This document shows positions 24,985 to 37,150 of a stretch of 64,000 nt of DNA, one piece after another. The notes beneath the pieces are model-generated. The model was not told the DNA's origin and did no database searches. It saw nothing but the letters and a program-made list of their open reading frames with translations. Position 1 is the stretch's first letter, and the number at the start of each line of letters is the position of its first letter. The position numbers and the translations under genes were made by a program. The DNA is from Eledone cirrhosa (Eukaryota): NCBI GenBank assembly GCA_964016885.1, contig OZ024740.1, positions 269,266,001-269,330,000 of the forward strand, written 5' to 3'.

Positions 24985-25603
24985 TTAAGGAATGCACAAG
25001 TCTGATGAGTTAAACAAGAATGACACTATGAATATTTTTAGCTGTGATTATACAGCTACCTCAGTAGCTATATAAGAATGTCAGATACGTTTTTCAAGAG
25101 TTTTATCCTTCAGTGTGATAGATGTGACATGATCACAGCTTAAAATGTTCATAGTAAGACTCTGGTATTTTTATTATTCATAAACATATATATGCTTTCA
25201 CATACACATCAATTATGAACCATGCTATGTTAGTGCTACTCTTAATTAATTGTAGTTGGTCAAATTTCCACTATATGCAAATGAGCATTTCCAGCAGCTG
25301 CTTCATACAAAAACTAGCATATGATTTATAATTTTATTCTAGTCTCAGCACTAAGTAAATAAATGTCACTGATGACATAAAAATCCAGAAACAGGTGTCT
25401 TACATTCTCATACTGTTGCTGAGATGGTTGTGAGATGGGCTTTCATCTATATATGGCACATAGTATGTATGTACATACATCTGATGCCAGTCAATGTACA
25501 CCCCACCCACCTCAGGAAAACTTACTGGAGACAATATTCTTGTGTGTGTGTGTGTATCATCATCATCATCATTTTACGTCCGCTTTTCCCTGCTTGCAGA
25601 CGT

Positions 25604-25837
25604 AAAATGATGACGATGATGATGATGATACATGTGTATGTATATATATGGTGATGATGATGATGATACATGTGTATGTATATATATGATGATGATGACA
25701 CATGTGTATGTATATATATATGATGAGGATGATGATGATACATGTGTATGTATATATATGATGATGATGATGATGATACATGTGTATGTATATATATGAT
25801 GATGATGATGATGATACATGTGTATGTATATATATAT
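25604..25837. repeat. Minisatellite, about 7 units of (GAT)n-ACATGTGTATGTATATATAT
   Basis: Direct reading; unit about 30-36 bp. Confidence 0.9.
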
Positions 25838-25966
25838 TCCAGCTCTCATAGGCAATTGCATTAAAACGCATGTTAGAGATCTTATTGTATAATAAATCTT
25901 TCTTTGAATTTCAACAAATCTTGCCTAGTTTTTCATAGTATATACTAGTTTTTCACATTATATACA

Positions 25967-26446
25967 CTAGCAGATAAACCACCCTTCGTGTGGTTTTCTG
26001 CTAGCATGTGTAGTGTGTATATTGATATTATATGCAGGTATATATACATGTAGATATGATACATCAAATAAAATCGTAATTGACAATATACATAGAAATT
26101 GAGTGAAGACTGCATTACACTGTCTTATGTAATCAGTAACGTAATCCATGATACATTAAAAAAAGGCGATATTATATATAAACTGCATTAGGAGAAAATT
26201 AGTGACAGAAAATTAGTATGTTTATTTAAGCAATGGCCAACTGGAAATGTTGACATTTCAGAAATTTTAAAGAAGTGAATCTTTAAATAAACAAAATATA
26301 TTTAATCCACCACCACGAAATTTAGTAGATAAATTATCTAATATTCATTCATTATTTATTCAAAGTAATCCAACTTATTTTACTAATGGGATAAAAAATT
26401 ATAAACCGTACGCAGTCCTGCGCTCCTTACTTTATTATAGTTTAGA
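25967..26446 (-). mobile_element. Non-autonomous Helitron
   Basis: Minus strand begins A|TCTAAACTATAATAAAG and ends with hairpin AAACCACACGAAGGGTGGTTT then ATCTGCTAG|T. This gives a 5'-TC, a subterminal hairpin, a 3'-CTAG, an A/T insertion site and no TSD. Confidence 0.65.
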
Positions 26447-26629
26447 TTAGTTTAAAAAAAAAAGAGTTAATAAATAAATAAAACGTTATACTTGTTTTAC
26501 CCTCCCATCTCCAATTAAACCGAACGCTATCATGACTGTATGTGTGTGTTTGTGTAAATGTATATGTTTCACACAAACATTCACACACATACTTTCATCA
26601 TCAAAGCGGACGTAAAATGAATAAAATGA

Positions 26630-26990
26630 TGATGTATGTTTGTGTGAAAGTATGTGTGAATGTATGTATATTTGTGTGAATGTATGTATGTTTGTGCAAA
26701 TGTATATGTGTGAATGTATGTATGTTTGTGTGAAAGTATATGTGTGAAAGTATGTATATTTGTGTGAAAGTATGTATATTTGTGTGAAAGTATGTGTATT
26801 TGTGTGAAAGTATGTGTATTTGTGTGAAAGTATGTATGTTTGTGTAAATGTAGATGTGTGAATGTATGTATGTTTGTGTGAAAGTATATGTGTGAATGTA
26901 TGTATATTTGTGTGAAAGTATGTATGTTTGTGTGAAAGTATGTGTGAATGTAAGTATCTTTGTGTGAATGTATGTGTATTTGTGTGAATT
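26630..26990. repeat. Minisatellite, about 20-bp unit TGTGTGAAAGTATGTATATT
   Basis: Direct reading of tandem degenerate units. Confidence 0.9.
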
Positions 26991-27295
26991 ATGTCCGTGA
27001 GAGTGTAATTTTATAAGTTTGTGTTTGCGCGATTATAGTTATATACTCATAATAGTTATATACTTATACATATAGATGTATGTATGTGCACAATCATGCA
27101 TAAGTGTAGAAAGTCCTAATGTCTCTATCTCTCTCATCACAAACTCTCTCTTTCTATATATATGGTAGTTGAAGTGGTGGTGGTGGCGATGATATATCGG
27201 AAATGCAACTTTGAAAAGAAGTCAATTTGAAATTATTTTTGTTTACGAAGTTTAGTACATAAATTATGTAATATTCATTCATTATTTATTCAAAG

Positions 27296-27678
27296 GGCGG
27301 TGGATTGGCAGTATCGGTAGAGGGTCGGACGCCATGCTTTAACGCATAGTTACGGCCCTTGCCATTCTGAGTTCAAATCCCGCCGAGGTTAACTTTGCCT
27401 TTCATCCTTACGAGGTCGATAAAATAAAGTGCCAGTAATGTACTGGGTAATTTCTGGCCTTGTGCCAATAGTAGAAACAATTATTTATTCAAAGGGCGGT
27501 GGATTGGCAGTATCGGTAGAGAGTCGGACGTCATGCTTTCCAGCATAGTTACGTCTCTTTAGGGTCTGAGTTCAAATCCCGCCGAGGTTTACTTTGCCTT
27601 TCATCCTTACGGGGTCGATAAAATAAAGTACCAGTAATGCATTGGGTAATTGCTGGCCTTGTGCCTAAAGTAGAAACA
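27296..27678 (+). mobile_element. Two head-to-tail tRNA-derived SINEs, family A (Deu/Nin-like core), about 184 bp each
   Basis: A box tggcagtatcgg, B box gagttcaaatcc, core ctttgcctttcatcctt..ggtcgataaaataaagtaccag. attatttattcaaag is repeated at 27281, 27480 and 27679. Confidence 0.9.
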
Positions 27679-27764
27679 ATTATTTATTCAAAGTAATCCA
27701 ACTTATTTTACTAACTAGATTAAAATAAATAAACCGTACGCAGTCCTGCAGACCTTCCTTTATT

Positions 27765-27838
<74 letters not shown>

Positions 27839-29716
27839 TGATATTAATAAATGGAAACTATATTTATAAAACCATATTTATTCTATTATATATATTTCAA
27901 GGGTATCAAAACTTTGGTACGCTCTCATCAGATAAAATACAAAATTTGTTTTATAAATAGTGACATACCCAGGAATCAGACCTTAACAGTTCAGGTTCCG
28001 TTTGGATATGATTGATATTGTACTCCAGAAAATCTGTAGAGTGCTTCGAATCTGTTATAAATATATTTGTGGAATTACCAACCCTATCTCTTTGCTTATA
28101 TATATATATATGTGTGGTGGTATTAAGTTAGATTAGTATTGGCTCTGCGCACAATGTTGCTTTGGAATCGTTGGCTTAGGATGATCTCGGCCTTGTTGAG
28201 TAAGAGCAAAAAAAAGAAGAAGGTTAAGTTAGATATGGTCTGGGACAATCCTGACCAAAGCCTATCAAAGTTATATATATATATTTGTATACAAAGGTAT
28301 CTGAAGAAAGATCTGAATAATTCTGGCCTGGCCACTACTCACTCAATAAGGTACAGGATGTGGACATAAGAAGACACAATACCTATAACTGAGAGTGCAA
28401 ACATATATTAATCAGTAATGGAAACAGCAGCAACAGTGGACATGATAATTTCCTATCATAATACATGGATTAATGTTAGTCTCTGTAAAACAGAACTGAT
28501 CAAACTGTTACAGCTGCACAGGTCATTCACAGTGGTTATGTATTCTATTAAAAGAGTACATAACATATTCCATAATGCTAGGGAGTCCTTCAAAACAACA
28601 GAGAGTTAAAGTGTAGCTGCTTCTCACATCAAGCTCTATTCAGCTTCTAACTGTAGTAGTTTCTAACCAGTGGAAACATGTGACACCAAAAGGAGGAAGA
28701 AGCCATGTAGCTAACAGTATATATAGGTGTGTATGTATGTATGTATATATATATAATCATCATCATCACCGTTTTACATCCGTTCTTCCACGTTAGCATG
28801 GATTAGACGGGTTGTCCTGTTGTGGGCTGACCTTGCCTTGTTCATATGGGAACTGATTCATACAGGAACTAATATATATATATATATATTACACTCCATC
28901 ACCATTGATTCTCTTTGTGGTTGTTATTGCTTCTGTCAAGTATCATTTCTTTTGATTTCTAATTCCCTAAGGAATCTTTTGATTAATTGTTTTATTTGCT
29001 TTGTTTTTTAATTTGTTTGCTTTCTCTAAAGATTTAGATATTTTCTTTGAAAACACATTTTTTTCATGGACCTCTAAAATATTGCTGTGGATTCCCGATT
29101 TACAATGTTTTTGTGTGGTTACCTATACATCTTAAATGGACTTTGGTTGAGATCTACTGATCTACAGCTTCCAGTGTCTATCAAGCAGTGGCAACAGTTC
29201 CATATCTTTCAACCCATAAAAAAAAAATTGGAAGATGATTATTATAATGGATAGGAGGAAAAAAAACCCTGATAAAAACATACTAATAGTCAAATAAATG
29301 TTTCCAGTTATCTGATAGAAATTGTTTACATTTGCATGAAATTGTTTACTGTTTTTTTAGTTTTAACTCTTCAATATCTGAGTTCACATGTAGCTGGGAT
29401 TAATCTAGCATTTTAACCTTCCAAAATGAAGAAAATAATTTCAGGGAATTAATTTTATTTTTACTACTTTGATTTACTAGCCTTTCTGTATAAAAGTTAT
29501 ATTTTGTCTAACCCATGCTAGCGTGGAAGATGGACATTAAACAAAGATGATGATGATGATGATAATTTGAGACTAAGTCAGCAGAAATTATGAATTATGT
29601 AGAGCAATTAAAGTTTAAAAGTTTTTCAAATGAAAATATTTTTAGTCTTCAGATTATTGGTACAGTCAAATTTCTTACATCCACAAAACAAAAATTTCAT
29701 ATAAACATGATTTTAC

Positions 29717-29787
29717 CGGTTTGAAAAGCTTTCATTTATAGCACATTCTTCAAGAGCAATAAGAGATTTCCATACTTCCTCCATATT
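29717..29787 (-). CDS. FOCAD: Focadhesin-like coding exon (not in the ORF track)
   Basis: Pyrimidine tract + tttag|AAT ATG ... AAC CG|gtaaaa; 71 nt, phase 0-2. NMEEVWKSLIALEECAINESFSNR resembles focadhesin LLMKSLDALENCCFD. Phase fits both neighbouring exons. Confidence 0.85.
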
Positions 29788-30635
29788 CTAAATATAAAAG
29801 AAAAAAAGAGAACAAATTAATACATAGTCAAATTGTATAAGACTTAGAAGTTTTACATACTTTTCTTCAACTTTTGTTATTCAAATTCAAAAGAAGTTTT
29901 GTGAACTTAGCTTAATAACAAAAACAGATTTATATATATATATATACATATGCATGCACACACACACATATATATATATATATACATATGTACATGACCT
30001 TTTATGAAACAAGTATATTCAGTCTATATAGAAGAACAAAAATGCTAAAACTAATAGAAGAGATTTAAAAAATGACAATAAAAGAAAATAAACATAAAAA
30101 CAGAGAGAATTTGAAAAATGTCATTTTCCTGAATAGTTTGATTGAGAGTACAACAAAGGTGTCATATTCTGAAGAGGAATTGAAAGATTAAAAGGCAAGA
30201 AAGAGAAAATATATAAAGAACCAAAGCTTCCAAAAATAAAATAGAAATAAAAGAAGCAACTACTAAAAATGCATTATTGATGGAACAATTGCTGAATATA
30301 ATACAGAGGAATAAAAACAAAAAGAATGTAAGAAAAGAAAAGAAATATAAATATATTACTAATATAAAACAAATATGAATAAATGATAGCACAAGAGCAA
30401 GAAGAAGACAAGCAGCAAAAGCTAAAACAGCAGCAGTAAAGGCTGCAGAGGAGGGGGTTAACAGCAATAAAACTAATCTTTTCTGTTTGTTTGTTTTTGT
30501 TTCTTTTCGGACACATTGGCCCATATATAGAGTATAAGTCATGTCATAGAAGAGAAGTTACAAAACATGTGAGTATACTCTGTGAGTGTGTATATATAAA
30601 TACACACACACACATATATACATAGAGATGGTGAC

Positions 30636-33600
30636 TGTTGTGCGTTCTAATATTGCAAAACTAAGCTCCAATTCCAAGCTTTTATTCAATATCTAGAATA
30701 TAAAAACAGTAATTAGTCTTGAAGAAATATAACAATAATATTTGTAAGAAAAGAAAGATATGCAATAAAACAAAGTTATATGGCGGATAGATGAACTTCA
30801 TAACATTCTTTGCCGATTTTATTGTTCTTCAATATAGCGCTTGGGGGCTATGCGTATACGATTGCTTCGTCTCCCGGGGTCAACAGGAACTTGCGGTAGG
30901 ATGCTAGTGCTATTTGCCACGGGATTTAAATCAATCACGGTTTCATCTAAGAGTAGATCGTTACTGTGGTCGATGTTAAGTGGTCTCGGCATATCAGCAG
31001 GACTGCTAATCGACTGTTTTCTTGGATGGATTGTTTGTCATTATTTTGACAATGAATTGGGCCAGGGGAGAGGTCTGCTGTTGAGACTATACTAGATCTT
31101 CCATTTTGATATCTGACAACTGCAAAATTAGCATTCACCATCTGTTCGATAATAACTTTATTCACTAATGGGTCGTTCTTTGTACGAATAAAGTTTCTAA
31201 TATAGGCGTTGTTTCCAACTCTAAGCCAATCTGGTAGGGAAAATCCTGAGGAACCCTTTCGATCGAATCTAAATATGCGGTTATGGGGTGTTTCATTAGT
31301 CGCTGTACAGAGAAGTGATCATTGCGAGGCAAGAACTTCTGGTATGATATCTTCCCACTTAGTTTCTTTAAGTTTGCGCAAGTTAATTATGCATTGAATT
31401 CCTTTCCAGAGGACTCCGTTGTAGCGCTCGTTTTGGCCATTTCCTTGTGGATGGTACGGCGAAATGCGCGTGTGGGATATACCATTGGACAAGCAGAAAT
31501 GATCGAATTCTTTGGAGAGAAACTGAGTTCCTCGATTGGAGTGTATGAATGAGGGAGCTCCGCATATTGAGAAGATTTGTTTGAGACAGTTAATGACAGT
31601 GTTTGAGGTGATGTCATGCATACCGGAAGCAAAAGGGAATCTGCTGAATTCGTCTACTGCAGTCAATAAGTATATGTTTCCTACTTTTGAAGATTTTGGT
31701 TTTGGTCCAACGATATCGATTGACTGACGTTCGAACAGCCTTGTTGACTTAATGAGTTTAGCAGGTGGAGGCTTGAAGAATTTTGGCTTGCACTCCAAAC
31801 ATGATACGCAGTTTTTGACGACGTCGCGGATTTCGTCTACGGAAAAGGGCAGGTTATGGCGTCGGATATAATCGTAAAATCTAGTTACTCCTGGGTGTGC
31901 TAGTTGGTCGTGGAGTACTTTTAAATCACAGGGTGGCGTACTTAGCTGCAGCGATTCTTGAAAGACAATCGGCTTGGGTGTTGAGGTAGCCGGGTTTGTA
32001 GTCAATGTCAAATTGATGCTCTGATAGTTCTAAACGCCAGCGAGATATTTTATCATTTTTGATTCGTGATTTATTACTCGAGAAAATGAAGGCTACTGAT
32101 TTTTAGTCAGTCCGTATAATCATATGAAAACACTTCACGTATTGCGACCATCTCCGTACAGCTTCAATAATAGCCATAGCTTCTCGCTCCACAGTTGATT
32201 GTCTTTTCTCGGATGGTGTAAGTGTTCTCGACAGGAAGGCCACTGGCCGTTCGTTTTGAGAAAGTATAGCTCCGATTGCATCGCCAGACGCATCTGTTTC
32301 TATTACCAATGCATGGCCAGTTTTAAGAGGAATGCTAAGAGCGGCATTAGAGATATCTGCTTTCATGGCTTGTATTACATCTGTAGCTACTTTATTCAGC
32401 GGGAACGAGTCAGCTTGTAATAGTGGTTGGATTTTCTTCGAGTAATCGGCAATCCACCTAGCATTATAGGCTAGGAATCCAAGGAATCGTTTCAGTTGTT
32501 GTTTGTTTGTTGGGATTGGGTAGCCTAGTAGGGTTTTGATGCGTTCCTTATCGGGTTTGTTTACTCCGTTCTGAATGTTATAACCTAGTATAGATATACT
32601 CGTTTGGCAGATTTTACTCTTATCCAAGTTAAGAGATAGGTTTTCTGTCTTCACGGCGTTTAAGAATGCTTCCACATTCTATCATGTTCAGCTTTGGTAT
32701 TTCCCATGACGTTGTCAATATAGGCATAGGTTTTGAGTAAGTTATATTTCTCTATAACTTGATCCATAATTCTCTGAAAAACAGGTACAGTGTTAGTCAC
32801 GCCGAAGGGTAAACGGCAGAATTGGTAGAGTTTGTGATTAGCCTGAAATGCCGTTAGAGGTTTGTCGATTTTTCTTAAAGGTACTTGGTGATATGCTGAT
32901 TTGAGGTCGAATTCTGAAAAATATTTATCCTGTGCCACTTTGTTAACAACATCCTCAATGTCGGGGGATGGATAGGCATCCAATTGTGTATACTTATTAA
33001 TTGTCTGGGAGTAGTCTACCACGAGTCGAGGTTTCTTTCCGTGTACTATGAAGCACTGAGCTCGCCAAGGTGAAATTGATTCCTCAATGATACCGGCTTC
33101 TAGGAGGCGAGTTATTTCGGACTTAATAAAATTGTCGTCTCTCTTGTTAATGAAACGTCCCTTAGTGGCAATCGGCTTGATATTTGTCTCGGCTAAATCG
33201 TGGAAGACAAGAGGCGGATTAACTTCTATTGTCGGAAAGGTACAGCATAGTTGATTTGAAAATTTCATGGGAGGCTGGGCACCGCCAAGGTGGAGAATAA
33301 TAGAGCTATGCTGGGTGAGGACATCCATTCCGATAATGACGTCTGCGACAAGACTTTTTGCAGTGATTAGGTTCACAGAGTATTCCTCGCTGTAGATACA
33401 TATTGGTATGGATGTAGTACCAGTCGTCATTAATATTTTATTGTCGGCTAGTGTGATTGCCCGTTTTTCTTGTTTTACGCTCAAGTTTAATTCAGTTGCT
33501 ATGCTATGACGTATAAATGAATCTGTGGAACAAGGATCGATTAAGGCCTTTAGTGTGGTGTCTTTTATAGTTATCGGGCAGAGAATAGCTTTAGACTGTT

Positions 33601-34692
33601 TGCCGGTATTTAATGAACATATAAGTGAGGCTGCTTGCTTACTGCTTTGGCAGTCAGATTTACAGACTGATTGCCAGTGGCCGATCTTCCCACAAGAATA
33701 GCATATGTCTTTTCTAGCTGGGCATTTATTTCTAGGATGCCTAGAAAGTCCACAAAAAAAGCATTTAAATTCACTTTGGGAATTAGCATTTTTCAAGTAT
33801 TTCAGAAGAGGTTGTTTTGATTTTGTAGCTGCTACGGTAGGTTCTTGAGAGGATATAGTTGACAGTGTTGATGAATTCAGAGAGACATCCAGGTTGAATG
33901 ATTTAGTAAAATCACTGGATAGTTCTATTGCATTTGCCATTGCTATGCAGTCTTTTAGGTTTGCTTGAGTATCGTCCAGCTCTAGGAGACGTGCTCGTAT
34001 AGCGTCTGATTGGACTCCTGCTACTAGTGAATCCAGGATCAACATATCTCTGTGGTCTTTAGCTGTGATGGCTTTACAGTTACATTTTTCCACTAAAAGG
34101 TTGAGTCTTTTAATAAACTCTCGGACGGTTTCTTCTTGCTTTTGGCAGCATGTTAGGAGTTGATGTCTGGCATAGAGTATACGACTGGGGGCTAAGAATT
34201 GAGTATCCAGGGTGATTAGTGCTTCATTGAAGTTTTCTGCAGATTCGAGTAAACTAAATAGGTCGGCCCCAGCTTGTGAACGAAGGTAGGTCAATTTATG
34301 GTTGTCCTCTACTATGCCGTTTATGAGTAGGGAATCCACAAAACACTTCCGCCACCATCGCCATTGCTCGGATGTGGTGTCATTTGGGAATGTTGGATGT
34401 GGAATTTTTAATTGAGCCATTGGTATTGAGAATGTAGCAAGCTTTGAGGGTGGAAACGAATACCACAAAACGTCTAGTCTCGGAACGAAACAGTTGTAAC
34501 AAATATCATATTGAATAAAACTGTTGTGCGTTCTAATATTGCAAAACTAAAGCTCCAATTCCAAGCTTTTATTCAATATCTAGAATATAAAAACAGTAAT
34601 TAGTCTTGAAGAAATATAACAATAATATTTGTAAGAAAAGAAAGATATGCAATAAAACAAAGTTATATGGAGGATAGATGAACTTCATAACA
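30636..34692 (-). mobile_element. Ty3/Gypsy LTR retrotransposon (Mag-like), structurally complete but coding-defective
   Basis: TG..CA LTRs at 30636-30805 and 34522-34692 differing by 1 substitution and 1 indel; 5-bp TSD GTGAC; gag-PR-RT-RH-IN order. Confidence 0.95.
30815..34420 (-). pseudogene. Gypsy gag-pol polyprotein, disrupted
   Basis: Double Cys/His knuckle CFFCG..H....CPA....CYSCGKIGHW...C; protease ALIDPCS; RT DLKSAYHQ/LPFG/YIDN; RH ETDAS; IN HDQLAHPG, CxxC, VDEFSRF, ERYN. Frameshifts near 32670 and 31940, stops at 32103 and 31319. Confidence 0.9.
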
Positions 34693-34794
34693 GTGACCTA
34701 AATGGACCTGTGTTTTCTCATAGGATTTTTTTTTCATTTCTGCCACTGCTCACTCTTCTCTAACTTTCAATTTCTTCTTTAATTTCTAATTCTA

Positions 34795-34920
34795 TCTTCT
34801 GATGAAGGACTAGTGTCTGAAATGTTAAGACACTTTATATTATTTCAATGATTAAACTAATATATTTCTTTATTGTACTGTGTCATTTGTTGTTTTATTT
34901 CTGTTTACTTTTCACACATA
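34795..34920 (+). mobile_element. Short Penelope-like repeat with a minimal hammerhead motif
   Basis: tctt-CTGATGA-A-GGAC-tagt-GTCT-GAAA-tg-TT-aaga. Homologous degenerate copies with the same downstream sequence at 13516-13630 and 37691-37820. Confidence 0.55.
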
Positions 34921-35074
34921 CATTATATATATATATACATATATATACACACACACATATATCCATATATATATCTATACCTATATTTACACATACATAT
35001 AAATAGATACTCTCTCTAACCATGTGCACCTCCTCCACTCCCTCCCTTTAGTTAGTTTGCCAACCATATATTCA

Positions 35075-35175
35075 CACTGCAGCAGGTCTTTGAGAAATCG
35101 TGGGAGTATTGCCAAGAGGTATATTCTTGTTTTATAGACCTTGAAAAGGCATATGACTGCATTCCTTGGGATTCC
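35075..35175 (+). mobile_element. Small LINE RT fragment
   Basis: Encodes IFTLQQVFEKSWEYCQEVYSCFIDLEKAYDCIP. Confidence 0.7.
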
Positions 35176-36192
35176 AAACACCACAGAGCAGAGTGGGCTC
35201 TTCAGATAGGACTATGACCAACAACTTCTCCAGTGACAATGCTACAAAAAATGCATCTTGTACACACTGTAAAGTAGCTAGTGATAAGAGGAGCACCCCG
35301 CTGTAGAAATCAATCCTAAAAATGTTGAGAAGACTGCTCAACTGTGTCAGTAGCACAACAACCACTCTACTGCTGGTGATCCAAACAATAAATGCACTCA
35401 GCAAATACTGTAGGATGGTTAGTGATATGAAGGACATCCAGTCATAGAGGGCTTACGAAATAAAGTGTTTGGAGGACCCTCTATTTATGTCAATGACATG
35501 AAAACCTCTCTAGTGTTGGTGCTATGATACTATGCACTCAGTAGAACAAGTATAAGCAGTTGTACTATTTTGGTTGCAGATCTCCAATATGATTTTTAGG
35601 TTCTTGATTCACTTATTTGTTTTGGGTACCTATTTTTCCCATGCTAGTTTGGGTGAGGTAGTTTTGATAAATTTGTTTGCCTTTCTGATGGATACAACGC
35701 AATAGCTGTTTGACATGACTACCCCTTTGAATTAAACATATAGTCAATCTGATGCACTTGCATAGTTTTCTGTCTCTCCAGATTTTCACATTAGAGTTGA
35801 GTTGACAAAAGGATAGTATAGTAAAAGACATTGGATGAAGGTACCATACTGAGGCATCAAACTAAGAACCTCAACATTGAGATGCCAACTTCTTAATCAC
35901 TTGAGAAAGCCCTCAACGAAGGTGGTGCTGGGAGCTTATTTTACCTGCTAGATATATAGAACATTCATTAAAATCTTCAGAAAAACAAAACAAGATGGTC
36001 ATTGATGAAATACTAACCTGTGGTTAAACAACACTAAAATATATAATGGTATATTGAAGTAGAAATAGAAACTATGCTGTAACATTTTGACTAAATAACA
36101 ATGGGGCATATAAACCCACTGAATATAAACAGATGTGTATCACATATTTTCCCATTCAGTGGGTTTATAAGCTCCATTATTATAGTATATTA

Positions 36193-36380
36193 AGGGCGGT
36201 GGATTGGCAGTATCGGTAGAGGGTCGGATGCCATTCTTTGACGCATTGAGTTACGGCCCTTGCCATTCTGAGTTCAAATCCCGCCGAGGTTAACTTTGCC
36301 TTTTATCCTTACGGAGTCAATAAAATAAAGTACCATTGATGCACTGGGTAATTGCTGGCCTTGTGCCAAAAGTAGAAACA
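36193..36380 (+). mobile_element. SINE family A, full length, 17-bp TSD
   Basis: attattatagtatatta at 36176-36192 and 36381-36397 flanks a copy matching the 27296 subfamily. Confidence 0.9.
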
Positions 36381-36831
36381 ATTATTATAGTATATTATAT
36401 AGTCAAAATGTTACAGCAAAGCTTCTATTTGTATTTCAATTCCAAACTTCACTCGCTGCATTCCAAACATAATGGTATATATTGAATACATATAAAAAAG
36501 AGAAAACTCATCGCTAGAATAGCTGTTAATACAGCTAAATGTTATCAAAGATAGCGATAGGCAAAAATGCCTCAGACAGAGACCAGTGGCCAGTGGTCAA
36601 CAGAGAAACAATCCATAAGGTGAGTGACAGGCAGATGAAATATAGAAAAGATTGAAAGAGGAGGAGCACAAGGAGAAGTGCACTGGCACACAGAAGTATA
36701 TATATGGTATATATTTTTTGTTTACAACACCATATTTTTGGTCATTTACATTTGACATGAGTTCTAACAAGATTCAAAGCAATTATCCAAAAGAAATGGC
36801 AAGTTAATGAATTAGTCATTAAAATCAAGAC

Positions 36832-37102
36832 AGCAATAATTGTTTCTACTTTAAGCACAAAGCTAGCAATTACCCAGGCATTACTGGTACTTTTATTTTA
36901 TCGACCCCGTAAGGATGAAAGGCAAAGTCAACCTCGGCGGGATTTAGGTGTAAGGTAAATTTTTGGAGAGGGGAATGTTGAGTAAATCAACTAGAGTATG
37001 AAACTAGTACTTTATTTTATCGACCATGGAAGGGTCAAAGGCAAAGCTGATCACACTGGGATTTGAACTCAGAAATTAAAGGGTTGTAACTAAATGCTGC
37101 AA
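36832..37102 (-). mobile_element. Two partial SINE family A copies next to the exon donor site
   Basis: ttgtttctactttaagcacaa...gtaaggatgaaaggcaaagtcaacctcggcggg, with a second core at about 37005-37075. Confidence 0.75.
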
Positions 37103-37150
37103 ATAAAAGAAAACACATACACAAATTATGAAGAATGTCAACACACTCAC

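Noticed and set aside
27296-27390. tRNA gene
   Set aside because: A and B boxes are present, but they are followed by a SINE core, tail and TSD, and many decayed copies exist. No convincing cloverleaf.
30162-30542. Hydrophobic 126-aa ORF
   Set aside because: Low-complexity T-rich strand of an A-rich tract; no splice or homology support.
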